Shown here: piece by piece, positions 49,317 through 58,838 of the stretch | Layout of the letters: each line of letters opens with the position of its first letter | Numbering within the stretch: position 1 is the stretch's first letter | The notes under the pieces: model-generated | Told to the model about the DNA's origin: nothing | The model's input: the letters and a program-made list of their open reading frames with translations, nothing else | Databases searched by the model: none | Translations under genes and position numbers: made by a program | NCBI GenBank assembly: GCA_910588195.1 | Contig: CAJUPN010000004.1 | Coordinates: forward strand, 88,290-152,289 | Origin: an uncultured Bacilli bacterium | GTDB taxonomy: Bacteria > Bacillota_I > Bacilli_A > RF39 > UBA660 | Reading direction: 5' to 3' | DNA: 64,000 nucleotides

Positions 49317-50701
49317 TCTCGAGTAATCTTACTTTTTTTATAAGATTTAGAATGTCTAAAAGAAGTAGAACTGTGTACAACACCTTTTTCATCGACAGTA
49401 TATCCGTCACTTTCAATTAAAGTCTCCGTAGGCTCGCTTGAACCACCAAAAATACTAGTATACTTTTTAGCACATAACATTAAGAAAGCGATTACAATAG
49501 TTCCATTTATTATAATAAAAGTTACATCGTGAATTCTTTTTAATTCAACTTTCTCTAAAGTAGAAGCTAAATCATATGAAAAACCTTTAATTATAACTGA
49601 ATTAAACAAAGGAACTTTTATGTTAGGAACTTCTATCAAATAATGTCCCGTATCTTTTAAAGACAAAAATCTATTTAAGAAATCTATGGTGAAAGTTATA
49701 GGCTGTCCTAAAAATCCGAGCTTTTTATCAAACCAGTCCATAAAATCAGTAGCCATTCCACTAAAGACTTCTTTATCAGGAATGAACAATTTAGTAAAAA
49801 AATCAAGTAAACCGTCCAACCATTTATTTATAGAAGAATTAATATTTTTTATTGCACAATCGATTACACCATCACATTCAATTGTTTCATCAGGATTGGC
49901 GATATCATCAGGAAGAGTTCCAACATAACATTCACTGTCAAAACCTTGTCTAAAAATATCAAAAACCTCTCTTGATACATTCGTCCACCCCTCAGTTCCT
50001 AATGAAGTAGTAGCCTTAGAGGAACTTTTCAAATTAAAACCTAAAATATAAATATCTTCCGTTAAATTAGTATCACTTGTTATATTTAATACTAAGTGAT
50101 TTTTAGCTTTATCACCTTTTAGCTCAAATCTAAAATGTAATATACTTATTTGCATATTTTCATTCTTATGATAAAAACTATGTTGATTAACATAATCATT
50201 ATAATCACTTGGCATTGTATCATGATAAGAGCCACTTGGTAGAACACCAACAGAAGATGAAATATTATTATAAGTTTTTCTTAAACTAAATTTAGTATCT
50301 TTTAAAGAGCCTAAAAACACATAACCCTCATAATTGCTTTGTAAATTCCAATACTTTCCATTTTCTCCCCATTTATCCAAATTATGAGGGAAAAATTCAA
50401 ACTGTATCGTAGAACCATACGAAGTATCAAAGAATACATCTCTTAGCTTGACAGCTCTATAATTAGAGTTACCTATGACATAAGCATTTCCAGTATAAAG
50501 ATTATTAGTATCCTCAGAGGAAATACTTAAAAACGATGTTCCATTATTGTGACTACCATTATTTTGTACTGCATAAGCTTTATTTGGTATAAACTCACAA
50601 TTATTATAAAACATAGACTCGTCAACAGCCTTAACTTGATATGGAACTATAAAACATAATAATAAAGCAAATGCTATTAATAAATTAACTCTTTTCATCA
50701 T
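49301..50701 (-). CDS. pIII-like adsorption or minor coat protein candidate (signal peptide, C-terminal membrane anchor)
   Basis: 466 aa. N-terminal signal peptide (LLIAFALLLCFIVPYQVKA). C-terminal TM helix (VTFIIINGTIVIAFLMLCA) followed by a basic tail. Confidence 0.45.
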   Translation of the reverse strand: MMKRVNLLIAFALLLCFIVPYQVKAVDESMFYNNCEFIPNKAYAVQNNGSHNNGTSFLSISSEDTNNLYTGNAYVIGNSNYRAVKLRDVFFDTSYGSTIQFEFFPHNLDKWGENGKYWNLQSNYEGYVFLGSLKDTKFSLRKTYNNISSSVGVLPSGSYHDTMPSDYNDYVNQHSFYHKNENMQISILHFRFELKGDKAKNHLVLNITSDTNLTEDIYILGFNLKSSSKATTSLGTEGWTNVSREVFDIFRQGFDSECYVGTLPDDIANPDETIECDGVIDCAIKNINSSINKWLDGLLDFFTKLFIPDKEVFSGMATDFMDWFDKKLGFLGQPITFTIDFLNRFLSLKDTGHYLIEVPNIKVPLFNSVIIKGFSYDLASTLEKVELKRIHDVTFIIINGTIVIAFLMLCAKKYTSIFGGSSEPTETLIESDGYTVDEKGVVHSSTSFRHSKSYKKSKITREWVKK

Positions 50702-51237
50702 TTCACACCCCTATTAAATAAACGTCTTAAAAAACTTACAAGAAGTATCACACACAATATTAAAGCAATTGTATATAAGATATTATTGGTACTAGTCATA
50801 TCTAAACTAGGGATTTCTGTAGAAGATGAAGAATTTTCTTTTAGTAAAGTTTTTAATTCTTCATCTCTTTTTTTCTGATAATAATCAGTTTCTAAAAGTA
50901 AATCTTTTTTTAACTTATTATTTGTAAATTTATGAGAAAATAATACGTTAGAATAACCTTGTGAATTTTGAGAAACAGTTCCATATTTAGCATAAGAACC
51001 CTTATAAACACCATCACAAAAAGTTAAAACACCAGTAGCATTGCCAACATTATCGCCTTGAACATTCAAGTCATCTTTACCAATAAAACAAAGATACTCA
51101 GTTTGTCCAGAAGAACAATTCTTTGTATATGACAAAGTATCACAATAATACTTTGTTTGGTTCCAAGAGGGATATAACTCATTAGGTTGCAAACGATAAT
51201 ATAAATAGCTTTTTAAAGTACTTTCATCAGGTATCAT
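50698..51237 (-). CDS. C-terminally anchored Cys-rich protein (179 aa), translationally coupled to the pIII-like gene
   Basis: No signal peptide. C-terminal TM helix ILYTIALILCVILLVSFL followed by RRLFNRGVK. ATGA overlap with the downstream gene. Confidence 0.4.
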   Translation of the reverse strand: MIPDESTLKSYLYYRLQPNELYPSWNQTKYYCDTLSYTKNCSSGQTEYLCFIGKDDLNVQGDNVGNATGVLTFCDGVYKGSYAKYGTVSQNSQGYSNVLFSHKFTNNKLKKDLLLETDYYQKKRDEELKTLLKENSSSSTEIPSLDMTSTNNILYTIALILCVILLVSFLRRLFNRGVK

Positions 51238-51378
51238 AATTCACACTAAAGTTTCAAATTACGTCCGAAAACAAAATCAAAAAACATGGTAGTAATTTTT
51301 TCGAATAAAGCAATTATTAAAGCTAAGGGGAATGATATAGCTATTAAGTTTGTAAATATATCAATAAATATTTGATAG

Positions 51379-52101
51379 TTAACTTCCATAATCAAAACTT
51401 TCCTTTCTAACACCAACGTTAAGATTTTTATTATCTATAACCGCAAGTGTATCATATCTTTTAAACATATCGGGACTTCTAAAAAAATAAAATTTCTTTA
51501 TAATCTTTGCTTTAAGAACTTGTCCCGATGAGTCATCAGTTTCTAAAGATGATTTATTGATAAGCGAATTTATTTGTAAATATCCTCTTAAATAAGATTT
51601 ACAATAAATTAAGCTATCAAAATGACGTCTTAAAGCAATATTAAGTTGACCAAAATATTGAGTAGTAGCGACAATGTGAATTCGTTGTTTTCTTTGCTGA
51701 CATATTTCTTGAAGTACCGCAGGATCTAAATTGTTATTTCCTTTTTGTGAACCAAAATATAAATGTATTTCATCAATTAAGAAAATAACTCCATTTATCC
51801 CATTTTTATATTTTAATATGTCTTTAGCTACTTTAAATTCAAATACACGTTTTTCATCTATTTCATAATCAGTCAATTTTAAATTAGTAACTATAATAGA
51901 TTTAGGATACATGTAAAGCAAATTATAAACATAATTAACTGCTGACAAACTTTTACCACTACCTTGTGAACCTATAAAGCAAATCAATCCATCTGGCTTA
52001 AAGTATGTGGGATTTTCTTTATAAAAACGTCTATAATATGAACTTGTTTTAAATATATTTTTTATTCCTAAATCTTCCGTTAAAGCTAATCTACTAATCA
52101 T
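51379..52101 (-). CDS. Zot/pI-family filamentous-phage assembly ATPase (P-loop NTPase)
   Basis: Walker A ICFIGSQGSGKS. Walker B VIFLIDEIH. Family motif RKQRIHIVATTQ. Confidence 0.75.
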   Translation of the reverse strand: MISRLALTEDLGIKNIFKTSSYYRRFYKENPTYFKPDGLICFIGSQGSGKSLSAVNYVYNLLYMYPKSIIVTNLKLTDYEIDEKRVFEFKVAKDILKYKNGINGVIFLIDEIHLYFGSQKGNNNLDPAVLQEICQQRKQRIHIVATTQYFGQLNIALRRHFDSLIYCKSYLRGYLQINSLINKSSLETDDSSGQVLKAKIIKKFYFFRSPDMFKRYDTLAVIDNKNLNVGVRKESFDYGS

Positions 52102-52181
52102 AATAATTTATAGGGGAAATATTTTTTAAAAAAATGGAAATGTATTTTATCACACTTCCATTTTTTTATGAGGAAACTACA

Positions 52182-52394
52182 CTACACTTGTATACGTCCA
52201 CCAAATACTGCTGCAGTAAATGCACCAATTGCTTTTCTAACACCGAACCACATTAATACAAATCCCATTCCTACACCAACTATTGAAGCAAGTACGGCGA
52301 TTAATTGTTCTGGTGTGATTGCACTTGTTAAAGCAGTAATTAAAGGTTGAACGTTAACTGTGCTTGTAGAAGTTTCTGTTAAGAAAACCCCCAT
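52182..52394 (-). CDS. 70-aa coat-protein-like peptide (acidic N-terminus, TM helix, basic C-terminus)
   Basis: AAAGGAG RBS. Sequence is MGVFLTETSTSTVNVQPLITALTSAITPEQLIAVLASIVGVGMGFVLMWFGVRKAIGAFTAAVFGGRIQV. Locally GC-richer than its surroundings. Confidence 0.5.
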   Translation of the reverse strand: MGVFLTETSTSTVNVQPLITALTSAITPEQLIAVLASIVGVGMGFVLMWFGVRKAIGAFTAAVFGGRIQV

Positions 52395-53317
52395 ATTTCA
52401 CACTCCTTTTCATTCTTTTTTTTTTTTTTTTATTTCCTTTAAACAAGGAAATAATCTATATTAACTAACTAAAACAGGGTGTTAGTTAATAGCTTAATTT
52501 TTTTTATTTTCCAATGCTGATAATTTCTTATTTTGTTCAATAATCATCTTATCAGCTTCGTCTAAAAACACTTGCTTTGTATATCCTGGTGCTAATTCTA
52601 CTAAAAGTACTGTATAATCATTACCAGTCTTTGCAGATGTTCTCGTCTCAATTTTACAATTCATCAAATAAACCTCTCTTTCTAAAAATATAAAACGGCA
52701 GAAAGAAGAAGAAATATTTTTTTATCAGCTTATTGGGGATAAGAGGTTAACAAGTAGTACATAGAAAATAAAAAACAACTAAAAATTATTTAAATTTCCA
52801 CATTAATTAAAGTCTAGAAAGAACTTTTTTATATACTTTTTTTTCATCTCTTCTCTTTCTAATTACATTATAAATGTGAAAAAATCTATATTGGCTTTTT
52901 TGGAGCATTTTTTTCTTTTTTTTTAAAACTTTTTTTATTCTCACAAAAAAATGCAGTAAAAACTATCGAATAAAAAAAGAATTTTTTGCTTTTTTACGTG
53001 AGCAGACTTACCTTTTGTGTACACTTTTTTTATAACTATTAGATTAAGACTTTTAAGTTATGAGACTTACTTTATTTAGATTTTTTAAAAATTTATTCCA
53101 ATTTCTTTGTTTTAAATAGGTTCCCATATATATTAATTTTTGAAATAGCAAGCAAAACATTTTCATGTTATAGCTTGTAAGCATTGAATTAATATATATG
53201 CCTATTAAAACAAATTTTCTCGGCATAAAAATAAAAAATCATCTTAATTTATAATTTGATTATTCTTAACCAGGGGGGGACTTTGACGCAAAAAATTAAA
53301 GAAAAAAAGATGTATTT

Positions 53318-53521
53318 CTACATCTCTTTTAAAAATCTATATACTTTATAAGTGCGATTATCAATTGTTGCACATATATAAGGAAGTAATCTTCTGTTAT
53401 AAAAATAATTTAAATCTCTCTTTCTTATTCCTGTTAAATCACATAACGATAAATCATCATCACATAAATAACAAGGAAAATCATCTAAATTATATATAAC
53501 ATAAAAATATTGTCTTTTCAA
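53318..53521 (-). CDS. Small Cys-containing hypothetical protein (67 aa) at the attR-proximal end of the prophage
   Basis: ORF only. Candidate phage regulator. Confidence 0.25.
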   Translation of the reverse strand: MKRQYFYVIYNLDDFPCYLCDDDLSLCDLTGIRKRDLNYFYNRRLLPYICATIDNRTYKVYRFLKEM

Positions 53522-53551
53522 AGTTTCCTTTCTAGATTATTTATATACGGC

Positions 53552-53577
53552 TTCGAATCCCCTATTCTCCACCATTA
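53552..53577. repeat. attR: second copy of the 26-bp repeat TTCGAATCCCCTATTCTCCACCATTA
   Basis: Exact match to the tRNA-Ala 3' end at 45691..45716. Confidence 0.85.
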
Positions 53578-53590
53578 GTAAGATATTAAA

Positions 53591-53632
53591 CAATAGAAAC
53601 TAATCTATTGTTTTTTTATTTACATTTAAGTT
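53591..53632 (+). terminator. Rho-independent terminator (likely the original tRNA-Ala terminator displaced by the insertion)
   Basis: AAACAATAG-aaactaat-CTATTGTTT stem-loop followed by TTTTTTATTT, immediately after attR. Confidence 0.5.
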
Positions 53633-53696
53633 TTTAAACAAAATATATTTTTTATTTTCCTTATGATACAATAAATATAAGAAAAGGAGAATTAAA

Positions 53697-54242
53697 ATGA
53701 GAGAATTTGAACCAACACTCCCAAAAGGGAGCATACAGTTGCCTGAAAATACGACAACACTAGTAATTGAAGACGTTCCAAGTGATGTAGCATGGAAATT
53801 CATAACTGGAGGCGGAAAAGATTTAGGTACTGAGGAACAAAAAGAACAACTTATAAGAATGTTTGAAGGAAGTACCAAAGATAACAAGGAACAATTAGAA
53901 GAAAAAGATGAACATTCACTAGATGAGCATCAACATGAAATTTTTACTCTTGAAAGATGTGATCACTGTGATCAAATTACTACAAGAATAACAACTAATT
54001 TTCATGACTTAAAAAGAACTCATCCACACATTCTTTCTTATACTGAACAACACAATTTTGTTTGGGAAAATACTTTAGTTGGAGATACTATAGTTGAAGT
54101 ATCACAATGCTCCGACTGTGGATTAATTAATGGATACAGAGTAAATGATCAAGTTTTTAAAACTGAAGAAGAAATGAAAACTGCTTTTCCTGAAATATTT
54201 GAAGTTCAAGAAGAGACTATAGGTCATAGTCATTCTCTATAA
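53697..54242 (+). CDS. Hypothetical protein with two CxxC pairs (zinc-ribbon-like)
   Basis: 181 aa, acidic. Contains CDHCDQ...CSDCG. AAGGAGAA RBS. Confidence 0.4.
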   Translation: MREFEPTLPKGSIQLPENTTTLVIEDVPSDVAWKFITGGGKDLGTEEQKEQLIRMFEGSTKDNKEQLEEKDEHSLDEHQHEIFTLERCDHCDQITTRITTNFHDLKRTHPHILSYTEQHNFVWENTLVGDTIVEVSQCSDCGLINGYRVNDQVFKTEEEMKTAFPEIFEVQEETIGHSHSL

Positions 54243-54359
54243 AAAAAGAGATTATAAATATAATCTTTTTTTTATGAAAAAGACTATATTTTTTCATATA
54301 AATAGTTTATAATTTTATTAGAAGATAGAAACACTATCTTAGTTAGAGGTTAAGAAATT

Positions 54360-54617
54360 ATGAAATACAACAAAGAATTTACACAAGAAGAAATTATAAA
54401 AGAATTACAAAACAAATATCTTTTTATTGGTTTTATTGTTGGAATTGCTCCCTTTATTCTATTAATAAGCTTAATTGCTTTAAAAGAAGGCGGCATTGAA
54501 TTTATACCAACAATTTTAAGAAATATCCTGTTACTATCAGGAACTTTAACAGCAATTATAAACTCAATTGCCTTAAGACAAATTATTACAAATAAAATAA
54601 AAACTAGTTATTTCTAG
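54360..54617 (+). CDS. Small membrane protein (85 aa, two TM helices)
   Basis: ORF with hydrophobic helices. Followed by an A-rich stem-loop. Confidence 0.35.
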   Translation: MKYNKEFTQEEIIKELQNKYLFIGFIVGIAPFILLISLIALKEGGIEFIPTILRNILLLSGTLTAIINSIALRQIITNKIKTSYF

Positions 54618-54652
54618 TTTTTTTCTTGCAAAAAAAAGGAACTAATAAGTTC

Positions 54653-55258
54653 CTACTCAACAACAACCTCTTCATCTCCACTTTGTTCTTCATCTTCGTT
54701 CTCTTCTTCTACAGGAGTATGATCAAATATATCTTCATCAAATGGATTAATGTCACTTGGCACCCCATCTTCACAAGATGATGGTTTTAATAAACATGTT
54801 TGACAGACATTAGCGTCATCACTTATTGCATTATAATCATTCAGTGTAGATAGTACAATATGAATAATTGAAGGAACTAAGAAAATCGATAATCCAATCA
54901 ATGCTCTTATTCCAAGTTTCTTCCCAGACGTAACCATTGACTTTTCGTCTCCACCAGTTACTGCTTTAAACATATCAAATGTTCCAAGAAAAATAACAAT
55001 AAAAGGTATAAAAATACGAGCTATAAATAGAAAATACCCTGTTACTCTAAGTGCATCCATAACTTCTTTTTGAGTACAAAAGTTTTCCCCTATATGCCCC
55101 TTAACGCAAGAACCATTACTAACCATACAATTACTAGCAGGACAGCTGTCTACTGAATAACTTGAACAATCCTTTGGAGCTGCAAAAACCGAAAATGGTA
55201 AAAATACAGTTACAGCTAATAAAAATATCATTATCTTTTTTATTTTCATACATTTCAC
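54653..55258 (-). CDS. Secreted Cys-rich protein with two hydrophobic helices and an acidic tail (paralog of 4333..4704)
   Basis: Signal peptide (...PFSVFAAP), seven Cys in the N-terminal region, shared core GTFDMFKAVTGGD...GKKLGIRALIGLSIFLVPSII, then a poly-acidic C-terminus. Confidence 0.5.
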   Translation of the reverse strand: MKCMKIKKIMIFLLAVTVFLPFSVFAAPKDCSSYSVDSCPASNCMVSNGSCVKGHIGENFCTQKEVMDALRVTGYFLFIARIFIPFIVIFLGTFDMFKAVTGGDEKSMVTSGKKLGIRALIGLSIFLVPSIIHIVLSTLNDYNAISDDANVCQTCLLKPSSCEDGVPSDINPFDEDIFDHTPVEEENEDEEQSGDEEVVVE

Positions 55259-55359
55259 CTACTAATTTAATTATAACATTAATTAAAAGATAAGTAATAT
55301 ATTATTAAATATATTTACACTATAACATAATAAATAGTACTTATCAAAAGTACTATTTA

Positions 55360-55641
55360 TTATATATAATCAGAAATCTTTTTGCAAGATTCCTCATCTA
55401 AAATACTCAATATTTTATTTTTATTATAGTATAGATTTAGAGATTTCTCATATTCTTCTAGTTTTTCTTTTACTTCAATAAGTGATTTACTAACAGCATT
55501 TTTACTTACACCATTATTTTCTGCAATCTCATCCATCAATAAATTTTCAAAATAATACTCTTCAAAATAATCTCTTTGTTTATTGGTTAATAAATCCTTA
55601 TAATAATCATAAAGTGAAGTTAAATAATTTAATTCATTCAT
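55360..55641 (-). CDS. ylxM: YlxM/UPF0122 family putative HTH protein (SRP-operon associated)
   Basis: Recognisable similarity to B. subtilis YlxM (LTNKQRDYFEEYY...EIAENNGVSKNAVSKSL). Directly downstream of ftsY. Confidence 0.7.
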   Translation of the reverse strand: MNELNYLTSLYDYYKDLLTNKQRDYFEEYYFENLLMDEIAENNGVSKNAVSKSLIEVKEKLEEYEKSLNLYYNKNKILSILDEESCKKISDYI

Positions 55642-56837
55642 TACATCATATCCTTAAACAAACCATATATATAATCTTCAATATCAAAAGCTCTTAAGTC
55701 ATTGATGCCTTCACCCATACCAATGAATTTTACTGGTAAACCAACTGTTTCTTTAATTGCAAGGACTATTCCACCTTTTGCAGTTCCATCTAACTTAGTT
55801 AAAACAATTCCTGTAATATTAGTAATCCCCTTAAAGCTTTCTGCTTGACTTATACCATTTTGTCCAGTTGTCGCATCAATTATTAAAAGTGTTTCATGAG
55901 GGGCATTTATAACATGCTTACCTATTACTTTATTAATCTTATCTAATTCATTCATTAGATTTACTTTATTCTGTAGTCTTCCAGCTGTATCAATTAAAAC
56001 TATATCAACATTTTCTTCTTTAGCTTTTAAAAGTCCATCATAAATTACACCAGCTGGATCTGTATTCTCTTTCCCATAAAATAACGAATCTGTTCTACTT
56101 GCCCATTCTTCAAGTTGAGGAACAGCACCTGCTCTAAAAGTATCACCAGCTATCAGCATTACTTTTTTTCCTTCATTCTTATACTTATTGGCTAGTTTTC
56201 CTATTGTCGTTGTTTTTCCAACACCATTAACACCAACCATTAAAATAACTGTTGGGCCTTCATCAGCCATATTTATTTTATCTGTTAAGTTTTCTCCTTC
56301 AACATATATCATAAATAATTCATCAACAATTACTTCTGTTAAATAAACAGTATCTGTAATATTTTCATGTTTAACACGATTTCTCAATCGATCAATAAAC
56401 TTAAATACTGTATTAACACCAATATCCGCTTTAATTAATAAACTTTCTAGTTCTTCATAATACTCTTCAGTTACTTTAGTAAACTTTTTTCCTAATAAAG
56501 AAAGTTCAGAAACAAATTCTTTTCTCGTTTTTTCAAGACCTTTATCATAAGTAACTAAATCTTTATCTTTTTCTGTTAATTTAACTTTCTTTTTTTGTTT
56601 CTTTTTAGCTTGTTCTTGCTTTTTATCTTCTTGTTTTGGTTCATTATAAGTTAAAACTTCTTCCTTTTCTTCAGAATCATTAGCTATTTCTTCTTCAACC
56701 ACATCATCTTCAAAAAAACTTTCATCTTTTAATGCTTCATCTTCTAGACTTTCCTCAACATCAAGAATTTCTTTTAATTCTTCTTCTCTTTCTTTTTTTG
56801 ACTTAAAAACATCTTTAAATTTTTGAAATAATCCCAT
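55641..56837 (-). CDS. ftsY: Signal recognition particle receptor FtsY
   Basis: Acidic N-terminal domain plus an NG domain (ILMVGVNGVGKTTTIGKLA, DTFRAGA, LIDTAGR). No Ffh M-domain, so this is FtsY not Ffh. Confidence 0.9.
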   Translation of the reverse strand: MGLFQKFKDVFKSKKEREEELKEILDVEESLEDEALKDESFFEDDVVEEEIANDSEEKEEVLTYNEPKQEDKKQEQAKKKQKKKVKLTEKDKDLVTYDKGLEKTRKEFVSELSLLGKKFTKVTEEYYEELESLLIKADIGVNTVFKFIDRLRNRVKHENITDTVYLTEVIVDELFMIYVEGENLTDKINMADEGPTVILMVGVNGVGKTTTIGKLANKYKNEGKKVMLIAGDTFRAGAVPQLEEWASRTDSLFYGKENTDPAGVIYDGLLKAKEENVDIVLIDTAGRLQNKVNLMNELDKINKVIGKHVINAPHETLLIIDATTGQNGISQAESFKGITNITGIVLTKLDGTAKGGIVLAIKETVGLPVKFIGMGEGINDLRAFDIEDYIYGLFKDMM

Positions 56838-58774
56838 TATTTTCCTCCCTCTAATTTTTTATAATAATTTTTTGATATTATTAATTTACTCATCTGAAAT
56901 TTCATATCTACTATTTCATTTATTTCATCAATATATTCATCGCTTACATTATCAACAAATGGCTCAAACTTCTTCTTTAAATAATTATATCTTCCCTTAC
57001 TAGTAATCCACGACTTATTATTAAAAATAACTAAATCATCAGCATCAGAAAAAATATCATTTCCAATCAAAAGTCTTGAATCATACTCTATTCCAAATAA
57101 ATTAAGTATAGTTGGTAAAACATCTAATGATGAAGTATACTTACTAACATGCTTAGTCTTAACTTCACTGTTATATATAATTAAGTTATTTTTATATAAA
57201 TCAAAATTAGAGTCTTTCATAAAGTCAACATAAGAAGATATATCATCGTTAGATAAACCATATGGATAGTGATCTGGAGTTATTACAATAACAGTATCAT
57301 CTAGTATCCCATCATTTTCTAACTTTTCCATTAATAACTCTAGTGATCTATCAAATTCAATTTGAGTAGCAATATAAGCTTTTATTGCATTATTTGCATC
57401 TAGTCCCTCTACTAATTCTTTGTTCTTAGATGCTATAGCATTCCCTCCACTAAAATTATACTCTAAATGACCACTTATACTCATATAATATGTCACAAAT
57501 CTTTCATTTTTAGAATAAATATCATAGCTAGAATTTATTACATCAATATCACTTGTAGGCCAAGAATCTTTAATACCTTTTAAAGCATACTTATATCCTT
57601 TTTTATATCGATCATATCCATAATACGTATAACCTAAATTAGGCATTACTTTATCACGTGAATAATAATTATAAGTCCAACCATGGAAAGCATTTGCTTG
57701 ATAACCATAACTTTTAAATATGTTTCCGACTGAATAAGGAAGGGAAACACCAATAGTTGACTTCATTGAACAAGTAGAAACTCCAGGGAGTATTGATAAT
57801 TGATTAATAAATTCACCATCAGAAGTTGAACAATTATAAATTGGTTGATAATAATTATCAAAGACAAAAGAAGAATTAGTTAATTTATATAAAGTTGGAG
57901 TTAATTTTTCATCAATAGCAATTGGATAAAAACCCTCAGCAACAATAAAAATCAAATTCTTTCCTGCGAACATGCCTGTATATTCATTTTTATTCGTCGG
58001 AGCTTGATTTTCAAAATAATTATGCATATCCTTAATAGTTGAATCTTTTTCCTTATTACGAAGATTTTCAAAATCAATTGATGTTAAATTATATTCAATA
58101 TTAGAATCTTTGGAAAAAGGCTTAAAATTACTTATTTCTATAATTCCATTATAACCAAAAATAAATTTAAAAGCATCTAAACTTACTGCTGGAAAAACAC
58201 CTAAATTATTTGTTGTTTGCATTATATCATTTTTTTTATATACTAAATTATGCATAGATTCATTTTTATTTATATCTAATTCTAAAAAACTAATACAAAA
58301 AACTAAAGAAACAAATAATAAAGCAAGAGAATCTTTTACCCTAACCTTTTGATAAGAATAAACATCTTTAAAAGAAAGAAAAAACATTATCACTAAAGGT
58401 GTAAATAAAATAACAATAATAAAACCATTAGCTTTTACATGAGTTAATATAGCCGATGCGAACTCCATTACTTGACCACCATAAGCTAAAGATGAAATTC
58501 CACAAATTGTCTTATAAAAACTATAATAAATTGTTATCATTGAATAAATTAAGCTAAAAACTAATAAAAAAACTAAATTAATAATTCTATTAATTCTATA
58601 ATTTTTAGATAAACATGTTAAGAAAGTGATTATATTAGCTGTCAAAAAAGCAAAAGCAATAATAAATAGTAGTTCACCACCAATTGTTTTAATAACAAAC
58701 AACTTAAAAACTAACTCCAGTACTAAAATAAAGAAAAAATTAGTAATCAATAATTTACCATAGTTTAACTTCAT
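56837..58774 (-). CDS. LtaS-family sulfatase-domain membrane protein (second paralog)
   Basis: 645 aa. Five N-terminal TM helices plus an extracellular domain with FIVAEGFYP, STSDGEF and HGWTYNYYSRD motifs. Confidence 0.75.
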   Translation of the reverse strand: MKLNYGKLLITNFFFILVLELVFKLFVIKTIGGELLFIIAFAFLTANIITFLTCLSKNYRINRIINLVFLLVFSLIYSMITIYYSFYKTICGISSLAYGGQVMEFASAILTHVKANGFIIVILFTPLVIMFFLSFKDVYSYQKVRVKDSLALLFVSLVFCISFLELDINKNESMHNLVYKKNDIMQTTNNLGVFPAVSLDAFKFIFGYNGIIEISNFKPFSKDSNIEYNLTSIDFENLRNKEKDSTIKDMHNYFENQAPTNKNEYTGMFAGKNLIFIVAEGFYPIAIDEKLTPTLYKLTNSSFVFDNYYQPIYNCSTSDGEFINQLSILPGVSTCSMKSTIGVSLPYSVGNIFKSYGYQANAFHGWTYNYYSRDKVMPNLGYTYYGYDRYKKGYKYALKGIKDSWPTSDIDVINSSYDIYSKNERFVTYYMSISGHLEYNFSGGNAIASKNKELVEGLDANNAIKAYIATQIEFDRSLELLMEKLENDGILDDTVIVITPDHYPYGLSNDDISSYVDFMKDSNFDLYKNNLIIYNSEVKTKHVSKYTSSLDVLPTILNLFGIEYDSRLLIGNDIFSDADDLVIFNNKSWITSKGRYNYLKKKFEPFVDNVSDEYIDEINEIVDMKFQMSKLIISKNYYKKLEGGK

Positions 58775-58838
58775 ATCAATTCCTTCTAACTCATTCTATT
58801 ATAATATAAAGAAAGAAAAAAATAAACGTCTAAATCGT

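Larger units (their letters stand above)
45717..53577. mobile_element. Integrated inovirus-like (filamentous phage) prophage, about 7.9 kb, at tRNA-Ala
   Basis: Flanked by 26-bp direct repeats. Contains a tyrosine integrase, an HUH Rep, a Zot/pI-family ATPase, many small TM peptides with strong RBSs, a pIII-like anchored protein, and a hairpin-rich intergenic region. Confidence 0.7.

Noticed and set aside
51379-52101. Alternative reading of the P-loop protein as a generic AAA or KAP ATPase rather than Zot/pI
   Set aside because: The size (240 aa), the RKQRIHIVATTQ motif and the inovirus-like context favour Zot/pI. Kept as Zot-family with moderate confidence.
52421-52465. T16 run followed by a perfect hairpin TATTTCCTT-taaac-AAGGAAATA
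   Set aside because: It looked like a terminator. However, the T-run precedes the hairpin on the plus strand and an A-run follows it on the minus strand, so neither orientation gives a hairpin-then-U-tract terminator. It is more likely part of the coat-gene promoter and leader.
53600-53887. 95-aa minus-strand ORF overlapping the start of 53697..54242
   Set aside because: It overlaps the terminator hairpin and a plus-strand gene that has a good RBS. Low-complexity translation.
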